Shown piece by piece: positions 36,010 through 50,529 of a DNA stretch of 64,000 nucleotides. Source of the stretch: Geosiphon pyriformis uo1 (lineage: Eukaryota; Fungi; Glomeromycota); the NCBI GenBank assembly GCA_016748015.1, contig JAAOMT010000299.1, positions 1 through 64,000 on the forward strand, given 5' to 3'. Numbering within the stretch: position 1 is the first letter of the stretch; every line of letters starts with the position of its first letter. The position numbers and the translations under genes were made by a program. Under the pieces are notes generated by a model. The model was not told where the DNA came from and did not search any database. It saw nothing but the letters and a program-made list of their open reading frames with translations.

Positions 36010-38991
36010 GTGGCAAGAAATTGTCATCAATGGGTGTATACTGTGGTAACAATAAGAAATACCAAATGGCAACCAAGTTTTACTGTCACCCATGTGTCAT
36101 AGAACGTTTTGGAAGACCAAAACAAGTAGAAAAATGGGATAATGAACTCTGCTTGGCTTGTAAAGAAACTCTTTTAGACAAAAGAATGTGAAATGACATT
36201 CCTGGACAAAGAAGAATGTGTGACAAATTGTGTCAGTACATAATTCTTATAAGTGACTGGGTTAGAAAAAAAATGCTCATAGATGCTGTCTGGAGATGAG
36301 CAGTCAAATGCTTGGACAGATGTCCACACAATAATAATAAAATTTGGTGAATGGCTCTTGCCAAAATTGAAAAAATGTCACCAGAAGAAATAAAAAAAAT
36401 AGAGAACAATCTATCAGAACCTATAGAACTTGACTGAGACCCAGAGCCAGTCATAAATCTACTGAACCCAGAACAATTTTATGAACACTATCAGGAATTA
36501 GCACCAACTAAAAAGAAACAAAACCAACAGTTGGAAGAAATCAACACTCAACTATGTAATCATTGTTTAATTCCCTGTGACTTTTAATATTGTAATAAGT
36601 GTGACTTCATTTACAATTCATTACCATACATAATCTACACAATTCCAGAGGAAAACAAACCAATCAGCCACTTTGCATCAGAATCGGAATCAACTTTCAA
36701 TTCCAATTCAAACTCTAACAATGATGACAATAAAAATAATGGTTCCAGTTCTGTTTAAAATAGCAACAAAAATTACGATAATTTGGACTCTGATTCAAAC
36801 CTGAAACATATATTGTGCTTCCTAACCTCTTTAAGAAGCAGAAACTTAAATGGTTTAATGATAACAATAAAGATATTATATCAGAATGTGCGCATGATAC
36901 TGATGCCAGGTTTGATCTAAGATATTCAGGAAAGAACACTATCAAATTGGAACCACATTTATGCATATGCATTGATCTCAAAGTAGCATTAGAAATCCCA
37001 GCAACAACAATGGTTCAACTAGCATTTAGAAGTAGTTTAGTGAAAAGAGGAATTAACATCAGAAGAGGAATAATTAATGCAGAATATGTAGAAAATATTA
37101 TTGCAATACTACAAAATGATTCAGAAAAGACCTATGTTATAGAGCCAAATGAAAAGATAGCACAGGCAATATTCCTGTCTCTGGTTAAAATAGCTTAATT
37201 AGTATCAGTAAGAAACAGGGAAAAATTAGGAATTACAGCTAGAGAGATACAGGAATTCGGATCCACAAATAAAATAGATATACCAATCAATATGGCAGAG
37301 GAAGAGATTATTGACAAAGAAAAAATTATCTCCACTTGTCAACCAATTTCCATTCTACTATATGACTGGTACATAGTAACTATAAAAAGAAAAGTGAAGA
37401 ATTATGTTCAAATGTTTGAGGCAGAAGCACAACTTTGTGAATCAGGAGAGATTAGATTAATTAATTTATACATACCAGTCAAGAATCATAGTCACATTAA
37501 AATCCCTATTTACAACAACATGGAAAACATCATGGAGATACCAGAAGGAACCACTATTGGATACTTAACCACTGAAATTGAAGAACAACCACTAAACCCC
37601 ATTCCAGACTTTCCACAATTGTGTAGATATGTGAATATTATATTACAAACAATATATGAATAAGAAGAATGTTATCTGCTCCAACCAAAACAATTAGAAC
37701 AGATGAACTTGGGAAACTTAGACTCACTATAATGTATGCAACTCAAGATGCTACTTAATAATTTCAATGACATCTTTGCCAGCAAAAACAAATTTGGCAA
37801 AACTGACATCATCCAACATCAAATTAAGACTGGAGATGCAATGCCAATTAAACAGAGAGCATACAGAGTACCACCAGCTAGCCATGAGATCATTTGTCAA
37901 AAAATTAATTGGATGTTTGACAATGGACTAATTCAGTCATCAATGAGCCCATGGTCATCACCAGTGGTATTAATCCATAAAAAAAATAGGAAAATTTGCT
38001 TTTGTGTGGATTACCAAAAACTAAATGGAGTGACCAAAGGAGATAACTACCCAACTCCAAAAATCCAAAAATTGTTCAATGTTTTTGGAGGAAAAAAATG
38101 GTTCTTGACACTAGATTTAGACAGTAATTACTGACAAGTAGCCATAAAACCAGAAGACAAAGAGAAAACAGCTTTTACAACTTAAGAAGAAAACTTTGAA
38201 TTTGAAATAATGCCATTTGGCTTGATGAATGCTCTAGCCACTTTTCAGCAACTTATGAAAATTGTTTATACTGGGCTACTATGAAAATCAGTAGTCATAT
38301 ACTTAGATAACACCAATGTATTTTCAAAAACATTCAATGATCATCTACATCATCTTCAACAAGTGTTTAAAAGACTAAAAAAAGCTGGATTAAAGCTAAA
38401 TGCAATCAAATGCTTCTTTGGAAAAACAGAACTCAAGTTTTTGGGACATGTAATAAGCAAAGATGGTATTAAAATGGATCCAGATAAGATTGCAATAGTA
38501 AAAAACTTTTCAGTACCAACCAACTTAACAGAACTAAGAGCATTTTTGGGATTTGCAGATTACTATTGCTGCTTTATCAAAGACTTCTCGAAATTAGCTC
38601 AGCCACTTTATTATTTACAAACCAAGAATGTGAAGTACAAATAGACAGAAGCCCAACAAGAAGCTTTTGACATATTAAGAAAAAAGCTTATCCAAGCTCT
38701 AGTATTGATGTATCCAGATTACAACAAACTATTTATTATTACTACTAATGCATTAGGCCAAACATTGGAAGCAGTACTATTACAGAGAGAACCAGATGGA
38801 AGAAAGCATCCAGTAGCTTATGCCAGTAAAAGCTTAAGTCCAGCTGAAAAGAACTATGGAACTTCAGCACTAAAACACTTAGCTATCTATTGGGCTGTCA
38901 TCAAATGGAAAGAATACTTGAGTCAGAAGTTTGACATATATACTGACCACAAAGAATTGACTTCAAGCCAGAAACAAAAATTTGGAAACAA
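36010..38991 (+). pseudogene. pol: Element B Cys-rich - dUTPase - RT - RNase H (part 3)
   Basis: ORFs 36815-37198 (dUTPase), 37736-38134 and 38363-38644 (RT), 38705- (RNase H). Confidence 0.92.
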
Positions 38992-39997
38992 TGTTACCAG
39001 AGGTTTTTGGTCTCTTTTCTTGAATGTTGTAAATGTTGATTTGTTGTGAATTCACGTTTTCAGGAAGTAGTTGGACCTCCAGTAACTGAATTTATCTTTA
39101 AATTATCTCCTATAATTTGAACTGCTGGGCTTATTAGTGGAATGGCCAATTTCTTGCCAGTTACTTTATGTAGTTATGTTGTAGTAAACATCAACTCTTT
39201 CCCAGGAATTGCTCATCTGGAAGCTCACTAAAAATGTGTAGTTACTTTGCTGTGAAAGTCAACTCTTCTACAGAAATCTTGTCTGTAAGCTACCCAATTG
39301 ATTATGACAAGAAAAAAAAAATAAAATAAAAGAAATATAAAATGAATAGAATTTTATCAAAGAAAACGTTTTCTATCCAGACCTGGAGTCACTAACAGTT
39401 TATTGAAATTGGTAGCTAATCAATTTCAAAACGTTAGTTGTGTTGAGAGAATTTCAAGTGTAATAATTTGAGGATTTGGTTTTCGAATATTTAATTTTTA
39501 TTTGATTTTGTAAAAGGTGATTTGTTTTAATTAAGATATCTAAAGTAAGATACTATGGTAAAATACTATGAGAAGATACATTTTCTTGAAAAAAGAAGCT
39601 CTTCTTTTATACAACTTGTTGTAGTACTAGTCTTTGAACTTGCACTTTTCTTTTTGCTAGAATTTGGGTGAACTAAAGATACATTTCGGTGAATTTACAA
39701 GTTATTTCACTGAACTATTGATTATTTCGGCAAATTTTTATTAATTTCGGCGAATTTTGACTATGTTAAATGGTTCAGGGTATTGTGTAATTTGATTATC
39801 TTAATTTCTAGAATACAAATCGGATTATTGATTGAGTAATGATATTTGATAATTTGATTAAATAATAAGTAATAATCAAAATGATAATGATTTATGCTAA
39901 TTAATAATAAGAATTATAAGGGTAATTTCATGTTAATTAATAGCTAAAATTCTACTGGTAACATAATCTCCTCCTTAAGACTGAGCTCTGTCGAAGT

Positions 39998-40651
39998 TCA
40001 AGCATTATCTGTGATGTTAAGATAGTGGTCCAAGATAATTGAAGTGATCTGATCTGAAAATTGTTGAAATTTCAGTTCTGTGAGTTTTCCAATGTATTGA
40101 ATCTTCATTGGATGGAGTATTAGGTTTTGTAAGACGTTTTCACAAGTGTTGAATAAATCATAGAGTCTAAATGCTGCTCTAAGTTTGTAGCGAGTGTTTG
40201 TTGATCCAGCTGCTGTCTTGAATTCATTGTGAATTTGTTTTTGTATAGCTTCAGGAGTGATGTTGGTTGCTTTAAGTTCCAGTTTTCGTTCATAAAGTGT
40301 TTTTCCAATATGAAAATATCTATATATAAGAGTATGTTCATTGTTCTGTTTATTGAGGAATAGTAGAAGTTTTTGTTGTATTGTGACATTTGGTGAAATG
40401 TCAATAGGGACAATTAAAAAGTTTTCTTTTAGTGCTTGCTTTAAAAGTTCTGGTAACCTATTTTCAGAGTGACTTCTTGTTTTTCTTCTATAAGAGTAAT
40501 AGTTCTGAAAATTATTTACTATTGGGGCTGTGGTTTTTTTCTGAATGTAATTAATTTGACTTCTATTAATTGTTATGGACAAGTCAGGAAGTGTTTTCAA
40601 AGCTAACATTAGTTTTTGGGATATTTGTTGAATATTTCGGGGAATAATCAT
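39998..40651 (-). CDS. E1 ORF3, open, unknown function
   Basis: 217 aa, clearly homologous to D1 ORF3 (YRYFHIGKTLYE..NEFKT..LRAA). Confidence 0.82.
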   Translation of the reverse strand: MIIPRNIQQISQKLMLALKTLPDLSITINRSQINYIQKKTTAPIVNNFQNYYSYRRKTRSHSENRLPELLKQALKENFLIVPIDISPNVTIQQKLLLFLNKQNNEHTLIYRYFHIGKTLYERKLELKATNITPEAIQKQIHNEFKTAAGSTNTRYKLRAAFRLYDLFNTCENVLQNLILHPMKIQYIGKLTELKFQQFSDQITSIILDHYLNITDNA

Positions 40652-40838
40652 GATAAAAATGACTAATTAATAACAAAGTTTGAAAAAAATAAAGAAAATT
40701 GTTTTTGGGTATAGGGTTTTTATTTGTTTTTGGGTTTAAATGTTTTTTTGTAATTATTAACTATTTTTGATTTATGTTTTGTGGGTTATATATAAAAAAT
40801 TATTGTAAAATTATGTTAAATTAAGTGTTTAAGTTTGG

Positions 40839-43800
40839 CTATTGTTCTATTATAATTATTGGTTCTAAATTTCGGGAAATATCTTTAGGATTAACTAAAG
40901 AGGAATGTGTATCAATTTGTGGAATTAATAGTTCAGGATTGTTTCTGGAATGATAGTGTTTCAATCTATTTCCATGTGCAACTTTTGCTAGTACTTTGTT
41001 ATCAATTCTTGGAAGAGAGTAGGCATCTCCAATTGTAACACTATTCAGTTGTCTATAATCAACACAGAATCTAATTTTTCTGTTTTTCTTTTTAACTAAA
41101 ACTACTGATAAAGCCCAAAAACTTCTTGATGGTTGAATCAATCCGTTATTGAGCATTTTCTGGATTTCTTCTCTGATGAATTGGTGGCTGGCAGGTGGCA
41201 CTTAATAAGCTTGTTGTCTTTTTGGTGGAGTATCTTCTGTGTGGATCTGATGTTAGACAATATCCGTTTTTCCAAGGTCATTGTTGTCTTTTGCAAATAT
41301 ATCTGCAAATTCAGCTATCAATTGTTTCAATTGTCTTTGTTGTTGGGGTTCTAAGAGACCCATGTTGATTTAAGAGAGTTTCTCTTCCAACAGATGGTAG
41401 TTTTCAGTAGTAGGGGTGATGTTTGGATTTAGAAGTAATATATGTCTTATAATTTCGATGAAATTAGAGACAATTTGAAGATTTTCATCTTGGAAAATAT
41501 TGCTGTGTATGATTCCAATTTCTAATTTATTTAATAAGACAATAGGGTAATTATTGGGGTTGTAAAATATAACTTGAAATTTTTTTATTCCTTTAGAAAT
41601 GTAAATGTTTGGGATTGAAATTTCATGCTTCAAACAGATTTGTTCATTGGATTCAAAGATTTGTTGAGTAGTGGTGGGTTTTGAGCAGGTGTAAATTTCA
41701 TGATGTTTACCAAAAAGTAAAATGGTAATTGGTTGGAGAAGTTGAAGAATCTGGTAGGATTTATTTTGTGCATTGAGAGCTATGTTTACTGGCACTGTAA
41801 ATCGTTCAGTTGAACCAAAACTTTGAGTTCTTCTTTTACTTTTTCTCAATTGTTCTCTGTTCTTTACTGATTGTAAATCCGAAATGTTGATTAAAAGTAG
41901 GTAAATTGCTTGGGCAATTTTCTCAGCATGTTCAATCCTAAATAGTTTGTTTGTCTCATTCTGTAATATAATAGTAATGTCTCCAGTATATTCTGCATCT
42001 ATGACTCCTTCTTTAATGTTGATTCCTTTGCTTGCCAATGATGATCTGGATGCAATTTGAACCATTGCTCTTAGTGGTATTTTAAGAGCAATTTTGAGGT
42101 TGATTTTTGTCAAGAATTTTGGTTGGAGAACCAAAGTATCTTTTTCTGGGTATCTTAGATCATATTCAGCATCAATTTCGTGTGTTTTTTCTGGTCTGAT
42201 TCCTTGGCCATGGTTGTCAAAATATTTAAGTTGTAGAGGTGGTTGATTTTTAAGAAGATAGATGAAGATGGTTGGTAGTTCTTCTACTAGTTCAGATACT
42301 TCAAATTCGATTTCATTTTCATTATTCTCATCTGGCAGGGGAATGCTAAAAGTATAGCATTCTAAACACCATTTGTCATTACAAGACATAATACATTCTT
42401 CATACAATTGAATGTTTATTTGTTCTAATCATTGAATTTGAGCTTTTTGGGTCAGATATGTGTGGCTTGCAATTTGGTGGTAGGTTTCTACTTCATTTTC
42501 ATAATCAAATCCAGCTAATTCTATAGTATACTCAATATATTTAGCTTCTTTCATTTGGCAGACATCTTTTTGGGTGGCTCCATTGATTAATGCCATTGCT
42601 AAGTCAAAAATCATTTCAGCATCATGAGGGTAGTGGTAAAGTTTATTGAGAACACTGTTGTATGCTGCATCAAATGGTGTTTCTCTTCTGACTTTTTCTG
42701 AAATTTATAAAGCATATTAACAGGTTCGATCACATACTCCTTCTCTTATTGCAACATCAATCTAGTTGCATTCTTCTGGTAGTATATCTCCATATGTGAG
42801 GCAAGGTGTTTTGTCTCATTTTCTACTTCTTTTGGAATATCCAAATCGTTCTCTATGGCATGTTTTGCAAAAGTAACAGGTATGAGTTTCATATTCCTCT
42901 TCTGGAGAAATATATGCTCTTATAGATAAAAGCTTCTTTTTGCAATCTTTGCATTTTAGTGGAATGTATAATGGTTCTTTTTGTGGTTCTGGTGTAGAAT
43001 ATCTAACTTTCTTCCATCCTCTTTATTCTTCAAAAATCTCTTGTTCTGTTTCCTCAGCCCAATTGGATGTTGATTCAAGAGCCATGTAAGTTTCAGTGAG
43101 TGGCATTTCTTTCCCCTTTTCAAATTCAAATACTGGGGCTTTTTTTGATTGTTTGTTGAAAGTATTATAAGTAGCAGGTACTATAGTGTATTGTTCTTGG
43201 TATGAAATTTTTAGTTCCTGAGTTTCCCAGTCTAAGTTTGCATTGGCCTTAAGAAGCCAATTATTTTCGACTAGGGCTTGTTATTGGAATGCATCCATGA
43301 TTAGGACTTTGACTAGAATGGTAATTTCATCAACAGTGAATGAGAAATTGTCAATTTCTTCTACTGGTGTCTTTTTTATACCATTTGCTATAACAATTAC
43401 AGTTTGGGCTGGTCTGTTAACAGTTCTTTGAAGCTGTTGCATTAATTAATAAGTAATAATACTTCCAGCTGATCCACTATTCAGGATTAATTGGATGGGC
43501 TTTCCTTCTACTGTAGCTTCAGTGTACATAGCAGTGATAGCTTTTTGCTTATTGACTGCTGCATTGCTAAGCAAGAATGGTGATTTATTTGCTTCAAATT
43601 CGAATGGGAATATATCTAAAAGGTTGGCATTTTGGGCAATTTGGGCTGGTGAAATAGTATTGTTGAAAGGATTTGATGTTGGTGCTGCAACTTCACCTTT
43701 AGAAAATGCAGTTTGCTGAAAATTTGATCTTTCAGGCATTGTAAGGTAACTGGGTTGAGTGTGATAGTGATTGGGTTTTTGCTAACCAGAATTTTGGGGA

Positions 43801-45581
43801 ACCAACTGGTTATTTGGGTTGATTCTGTTGTTGTTATTCTGAAATTGATTTTGGGATGTGAATTGGTTATGTTGAACTAATTTTTTGGCTGGTACTTAAT
43901 ATTGTTGAGTGGGTGGTGTCTAATATTGCTGAATAGGTAAAGATTGCTGATATTGTTGCTGCATTAATTGTGGAGCTGGTTGATAATAACTGTTTTGATT
44001 TTGTGGTCTTGGTGAATAATAAGTTGGTGGTAGAGATTGGTAATAAGATTGTTGTGGTGAAGAGTAATGTTGATTACTCTTATTTTGTTGGTTTTTTTGC
44101 AATTTTCTGCAATCTCATTTCTAGTGTCCTGGAATTCCACAATAATGACAATTTTGAGGTTGGTTGTTGGAGGGTAATCCAAAGTTGTTTTGATTGCGTC
44201 ATTGTGGTAATTGATATCTTTGTAGTTGCTGCTGTTGTTGTTGTTAATTGGTGAAATAGTTTTCAACTTTTTTTGTGAGTTGGTCTATTTTCTTTTCAGC
44301 TGCTGAGCTGGTTTTTCCAATAGCTAAATTGACAAGTTTGGTGTAGTTTGCTTCTTCCATAGCTATTTCATAATTCTTTGTATGTCTAATGGCAGTTGCT
44401 AAGTTTGCTGGTACATGTGGATGGACTTTCTTAATCAATTTGTCTTTTAATTCTGCTATAAACTGATCCAAAATCTGAGCATTGAAATAGTAGTCATTGG
44501 TTTCCAATTGTCGAATTTGTTGAAAAAGTTTGTTGAATCTTTCAAAATAGGTCATAACAGTTTCAGATGTTTTTTGTTTGATATTGCGAAAGCAATTGTA
44601 AAGTGTAATAGAGGTGTTGTTGTCTGTGAATTGTTGTAAGAAAGCATTTTTGAATGCTTGCCAGTTTTCAAATGGTTTTTCTAAGTTTTCAAACCATTTT
44701 TCTGCAGTTCCTTGAAGAAAGTATGGGATTGCTTTGAGCATTCTTGCTGCAATCCAACCATTTGCATCTCCTGCTTTTTGAACTTTGTCAAGCCATTCTT
44801 AAGAACTGGTATTATTATCTTCACCAATAAACTCTGGGATTTTTGCAATGTAAGCAGTTGCCATTTCTTTTTCGTTTTCTGTGGTTTCTCCTTGTTCTGA
44901 TTCAGTTTCTTTACTTTCCAAGTTTTCTGAATGATTACTTTCGTTTTCTTGTAAGTATTCAATGATATTGGTGCTTGTTGATATGGGTTCCTGCTGTTAA
45001 GTAGGATTTCTAGGTGACTGATAATCTTCTGGTCTGGAGAAATGGTTGAGTGGTGAATTTGGTGTTTGTGGTTGAACAAGTGAAATTGGAAATAGTGTAA
45101 TAGAAAGTGCTAATTTGACACTGGTTCTTTGTTCAGGTGTTTGCAAGTGTTTGGCAGTTGTCTTTGGTAGTATTGGAGTATTTGGGGTGGTTCTTGAGTA
45201 TTGTTTTACTTTTTGTTTGCCTTTGTTGTTTGTCTTTGTTTCTGATTCAAAGTCAAAAGAGTATTTAGACTGTACTGGATATGTTTCTTCACAGTACTTA
45301 ATAATGTTAAAATTGAGTTCTTGGAAGTAGGTAGCAAGTGTTTCACTGTTAAGGTCTTTAGTTCTCAACTGTGAATAGTGCACTAAATTATTATAAAGAT
45401 TGCTTCTAACTTTTGAAATGTTGTAATTTCTAAGAAGATAATTGTTGATATGGTTTTTAATATATTAGTATACTGATTTCTTAACAACTTCAATTCCATC
45501 TGGGATATTGAATTTTTACTTACAATAGGTGTAAATTGACTAATAATACTCTAGAGTTGCTGTGTTTGGTGTGGTCACCAC
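40839..45581 (-). pseudogene. gag: E1 gag - protease - Cys-rich - dUTPase - truncated RT/IN fusion
   Basis: ORFs 44244-45383, 43446-43739, 41370-42407 and 40839-41201. Confidence 0.9.
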
Positions 45582-46743
45582 TTTGAAGTTGTTATTGCTG
45601 TGTTATTTCCATGGGAGAACACCAAATGTTACCAAAGATTTTTGGTTTCTTTTTTTGAATGTTGTAAATGTTGATTGTTGTGAATTCATGTTTTCAGGAA
45701 GTAGTTAGACCTCCAGTAACTGAATTTATCTTTAAATTATCTCCTATAATTTGAACTGCTGGGCTTATTAGTAGAATAGCCAATTCCTTGTCAGTTACTT
45801 TATGTAGTTACATTGTAGTAAACATCAATTTTTTCCCAAGAATTGCTCATCTGGAAGCTTACTAAAAATGTGTAGTTACTTTGCTGTAAAAGTCAACTCT
45901 TCTACAGAAATCTCGTCTATAGACTATCCAATTGATTATGATAAAAAAATAAAAGAAAAATAAAAAAAATGTAAAAGGAATAGAATTTTATCAAGGGAAA
46001 TGTTTTCTATCCAGGTCTGGAGTCACTAACAGTTTATTGAAATTGGTAGCTAATTAATTTCAAAACATTAGTTGTGTTGAGAGAATTTCAAGTGTAATAA
46101 TTTGAGGATTTGGTTTTCGAATATTTAATTTTTATTTGATTTTGTAAAAGATGATTTGTTTCAATTAAGATATCTAAAATAAGGTACTATGGTAAAATAC
46201 TATGAGAAGATACATTTTCTTGAAGAGAGAAGCTCTTCTTTTATACAATTTGTTGTAGTACTAGTCTTTGAACTTGCACTTTTCTTTTTGCTAGAATTTG
46301 GGTGAACTAAAGATACATTTCAGCAAATTTACAAGTTATTTCATTGAACTATTGATTATTTCGGCAAATTTTTATTAATTTCGGCGAATTTTGACTATGT
46401 TAAATGGTTCAGGGTATTGTGTAATTTGATTATCTTAATTTTTAGAGTACAAATCGGATTATTGATTGAGTAATGATATTTGATAATTTGATTAAATAAT
46501 AAGTAATAATCGAAATGATAATGATCTATGCTAATTAATAATAAGAATTATAAGGGTAATTTCATGTTAATTAATAGCTAAAATTCTACTGGTAACAATG
46601 ATTGCCATGCCAGATGGAAAATAGAACTTTCACCATTTAATTATACAGTACATTTTAAAAAAGGAAAAAAAAATGGAATGCTGATGGATTATCAAGAATG
46701 AGACAAATCTAAAAACATTTTAAATCCAAAAATATAACAAAAG

Positions 46744-48127
46744 ATGAATATACAAAAATACCAACAGTTCTAACATTATATAAATACTCAATTGTTCAAA
46801 GAGAAATTATCTTAAAAGAAACAAAACAACATAAAACAACAATCAAAATATTTTATTAACCATCAAAATATACTTTACTGGAAGAACAAAAAAAAATCCA
46901 GATCAACCAACCAGAGTAATTACAGAACCAAAGAAAGAGACAATATTATTCAACATGCATTCAGATCCAACAGTAAGACATTTTTATAAAGAAACAACCA
47001 TAGAAAGAATCAGAAAAAGATACTATTGGCTATTAATATATCCAGACATCATACAATATGTTCAAAATTGTAATACTTGTTAAAAAAGAGGAGGAACAAA
47101 ACCCAGTGAACCATTGAAACCAATTAAAGTAGAACAACTATTTGATTATATTGGAATTGACTTAGTCAGACCATTAACAATTACTAGCAGAGGCAACAGA
47201 TATATTGCAGTGACCATGAATTATCTTACAAAATGGCCAGAAGCAAAAGCCATTCAAAGAGCAGATGCAGAATCTATTGTCAAATTTGTTCATCAAAACT
47301 TGATCTGTTGACACAAATGTCCAAAAAAATTGTTATTGGATCAAAGAACTCACTTTGTAAATAGAACATTAACAGAATTAAGTCAAAGATTTGGAATAAA
47401 AAGACCATTATTATTACCATACCATCCACAAACAAATGGGCTAGTTGAAAGGTTTAACAGAACATTGTGTAAAGCCATTGCCAAAATTAGCCAAAAAAAC
47501 CAGAATGAATGGAACTTGATTATACCATCAGTATTATTTGCTTATTGGACAATGAAGCAAGACACTACACAAACAACACCATTTAAATTAGTATATAGTA
47601 GAACAGCAACATTACCAGTTGAGATAGAAGTTAAAACATATCCAACAGAACCAATAATAGAAGGGAATTTTCAAAGAACATTGTTGAAAAAAACATATGA
47701 CTTAATGAAGACACTAGAAAACACACAACAAAGAGCAGTTGATAACATCCAAAAGTCACAAGAAAGACAAAAAAAAAGACACAATAACCAATTACCAGAG
47801 AAACCAGTTGAATTCAAGATTGAAGACAAAGTACTTCTATATCATACTAAAATGGAAAAACAATGGAATGGAAAATTTGACCCCAAATGGAACAGATTAT
47901 TTCACATAGAAGAAATTCTTGGAAATGGAGCTTATAAATTAAGGTTGAACAACAAAATCTTAACCAAAGCAGTACATAGTGATCGACTGAAATAATATCA
48001 CCATATAGCATTATTATCTATCAATAATATTCCATAATTAGGAGTACAATGAATACTAGTCCAACCAGATGAGATTTTACGAGATCTAAAACCAATAATA
48101 ATCATTGAACCAAACACATCAAATTGA
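46744..48127 (+). pseudogene. Element B integrase (separate ORF after Pol stop at 46710-46712)
   Basis: ORFs 47114-47311 and 47330-47995: FDYIGIDLV, PYHPQTNGLVERFNRTL. Confidence 0.9.
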
Positions 48128-48454
48128 ACAAAAATAAAAAATATAAACAGACATAATAGACAGAATAAAAAACATTAGAAAAATAGAAATTACCAACAAC
48201 ATTCACTAGCACAACAACTCTTTCAATTAATTTAACAATGGGATATGAAAATTACCATTAATTAACAAACCATTAGATACAGAGATACCAGGAAAATACT
48301 TCAATACAAAGTACAGTGAACTTTCTTTATAATTACATCTTTTGGTCAGCACATTTGTGGTAACTATAGAGAGATGAGACTATAAAAAATGATTAATATC
48401 TTATCACATAATCTATATATTACATGCATAATATAATAACTAATTATATATATT

Positions 48455-49975
48455 TTATTTAAAAAAGCTATCTATTTGTAACTGTTTTTTTTCTTCTTGA
48501 ACTTTGAGAACAGTATTACAAATTAATGTTCTTAAAGTTTTAAAAAAGCCTGAATTAACTTTTTCACTATACTGCTCTTTACAATAGTGCAATGTATCTT
48601 CAAATGCTGTTTTACCTTGATATGTAGATAGCAAAGACAAAAATTCATTTTCATTTTCACTTTCTAAATCTTTATTTGCATTCCATAATTTCATTTTCTG
48701 AGACATAAGTGAATAATAATTAAAACTTGTTAATATTAATGAAGTCTATTGCCAATAGCTTGTTAATATTAATGTGCTCAATAAGAACTTGTACTTTTTG
48801 TAGAAGTTCTTGTTCAATATCTAATGGATAGGTTGGCATTTGATTATTATTTAGAATTCCCATATGACACTAACTGTTTTGGATTATAGTTGTTGTTACC
48901 ACTGATCATACATCAATTAGAAAGTCAACCACATTTTTTAATGTTACTGTTAATATTAAAATCTTGCCATCATACTGATTAATAAGATAGAAAAAAAACA
49001 ACTTTCAGTATTGTGTCTTAAAGGATGCAATAATTCCTGCATCTAATAGTTGCAAATGGAATATTGTATTAGGTATCTAATCATAATATTAGATAATATG
49101 GAAGATTTTCTACCATAGAGACCAGTATTATCAAGCAATAGCAAAATTTTTTTTTTCTTGTGATGCATTTTTTTATTTAATAAATTAAGCCATTTACTAA
49201 AAATATCGGTTTGCATTTATGCTTTTGTATTGTAACAATAAGTGATTGGAAGTATATTTATATTAATATTGTGAAAACATCGTGGCTTTGTGGCTTTGCC
49301 AATAATTAAAGACTGCAACTTGATGCTGTTTGTTGCATTACAAGCAAAAAGTATGGTAATTTAACTCTTATCATGCTTGGTGTCAGAGGTAGATCTTGTT
49401 GCCAAAGTTGTATTTGGTGGCATTCTAAAGAATAATGCTGTCTTATCGGCATTGTAAACATTATTTAGATCATATTTGCTGATAATCTCATGCAGTTTTT
49501 CTTGTTTTTCTGGTAAAATTTCCAAGGAGACATTGTTTGCTTTATTATGCATCTTAATATGATGCAAATTATGACATTTCTTAAACTTTTCTAACCAACT
49601 ATCTGATGCTTTAAAGTTATTTTCTTCTAGAAACTTTTCAGCAAACTTGAGAGCTTTCATTTGTAAAATTTTTCTAGTAAGAATGCAGTTAATAGCTAGT
49701 GCTTCAAGCATCTATTCTTTCAGTGCATTATTTATCTTCGGAAACATTTCTTTCCTGTTCTTTGTCAATTGACCAGAGTTGTCAGATACATTTTTTTCAA
49801 TCCATTAGTCTGATTTTATAAGTATCTTTGTTATAGTAGAGTGGTCAACTTTTAGATTAAATATTTTGATAAGTCTATTTGCTGAGTAGTTAAGATGTTT
49901 TAGTTTGTACTTGCAGAGAGCCTTTTTAGTCTCCAAGGAGATTGTTGCTTGCTTTTGGTTCACGTTTTTTAGCAT
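48455..49975 (-). pseudogene. pogo/Tigger CENP-B-like DDD transposase
   Basis: N-terminal HTH, FKASDSWLEKFKK, YNADKTALFFR, LLLDN, LQLLDAGII, C-terminal PIP-like QLQIDSFF. Contains stops. Confidence 0.9.
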
Positions 49976-50238
49976 GTTAATAAGAACATATTTTTTATTG
50001 CATTTTGCTTTTATAATGCATTGATGTATCTGTTATGTCTCAAACATTATTTTGCCTTATATCTAATTGGACATGTGAGATGTCTTATGTCATATGAGAT
50101 GCCTCAGATTATAAAAAGCAGCCAAATTATAAAAATGAAGATTTTAATCCAACTGTAGGATTCTAAATGCAAATGACAGATTCTCAGTAAAAAGAAACTT
50201 AATTTTGATAATGCATTGTGATACTTTTTGTCTCTTAC

Positions 50239-50351
50239 CCCCAACTGATGATCAATAATGAAAACTGTTAATTTGATTCTCTGCATACTTATATAATCAT
50301 GTAAAAGATAGCACAATGTCATGTTGTCAAGCTCTCCAAACACAGCAATGC
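50239..50351 (-). pseudogene. Captured exon of a PP-loop ATPase (TilS-like)
   Basis: GIAVFGELDNMTLCYLL..LTVFIIDHQL resembles a decayed xIAVSGGxDSMAL..DH motif. Bounded by AG and GTAAGA. Confidence 0.6.
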
Positions 50352-50529
50352 CTATATCAATTGGAATATCAATATAAAATACTTTGCATAATGTTAAGGA
50401 TATTAAAATGAAAGTCAACTGCAGTTTTTTAAAAAATGTTCTGATCATCATAAGTCATGAAATTCAATATATAATATATATAGACATGTAATAGCTTCTG
50501 AATTAATGTGGCTATATATTGTTTTTAAG

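Larger units (their letters stand above)
38992..46597 (-). mobile_element. Element E1: D-related element lacking most of RT, all of RNase H and most of integrase
   Basis: LTRs 38992-39963 and 45627-46597. Flanks ACAA/ATGA reconstruct to ACGA. RT is fused to the IN tail in ORF 40839-41201. Confidence 0.94.
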
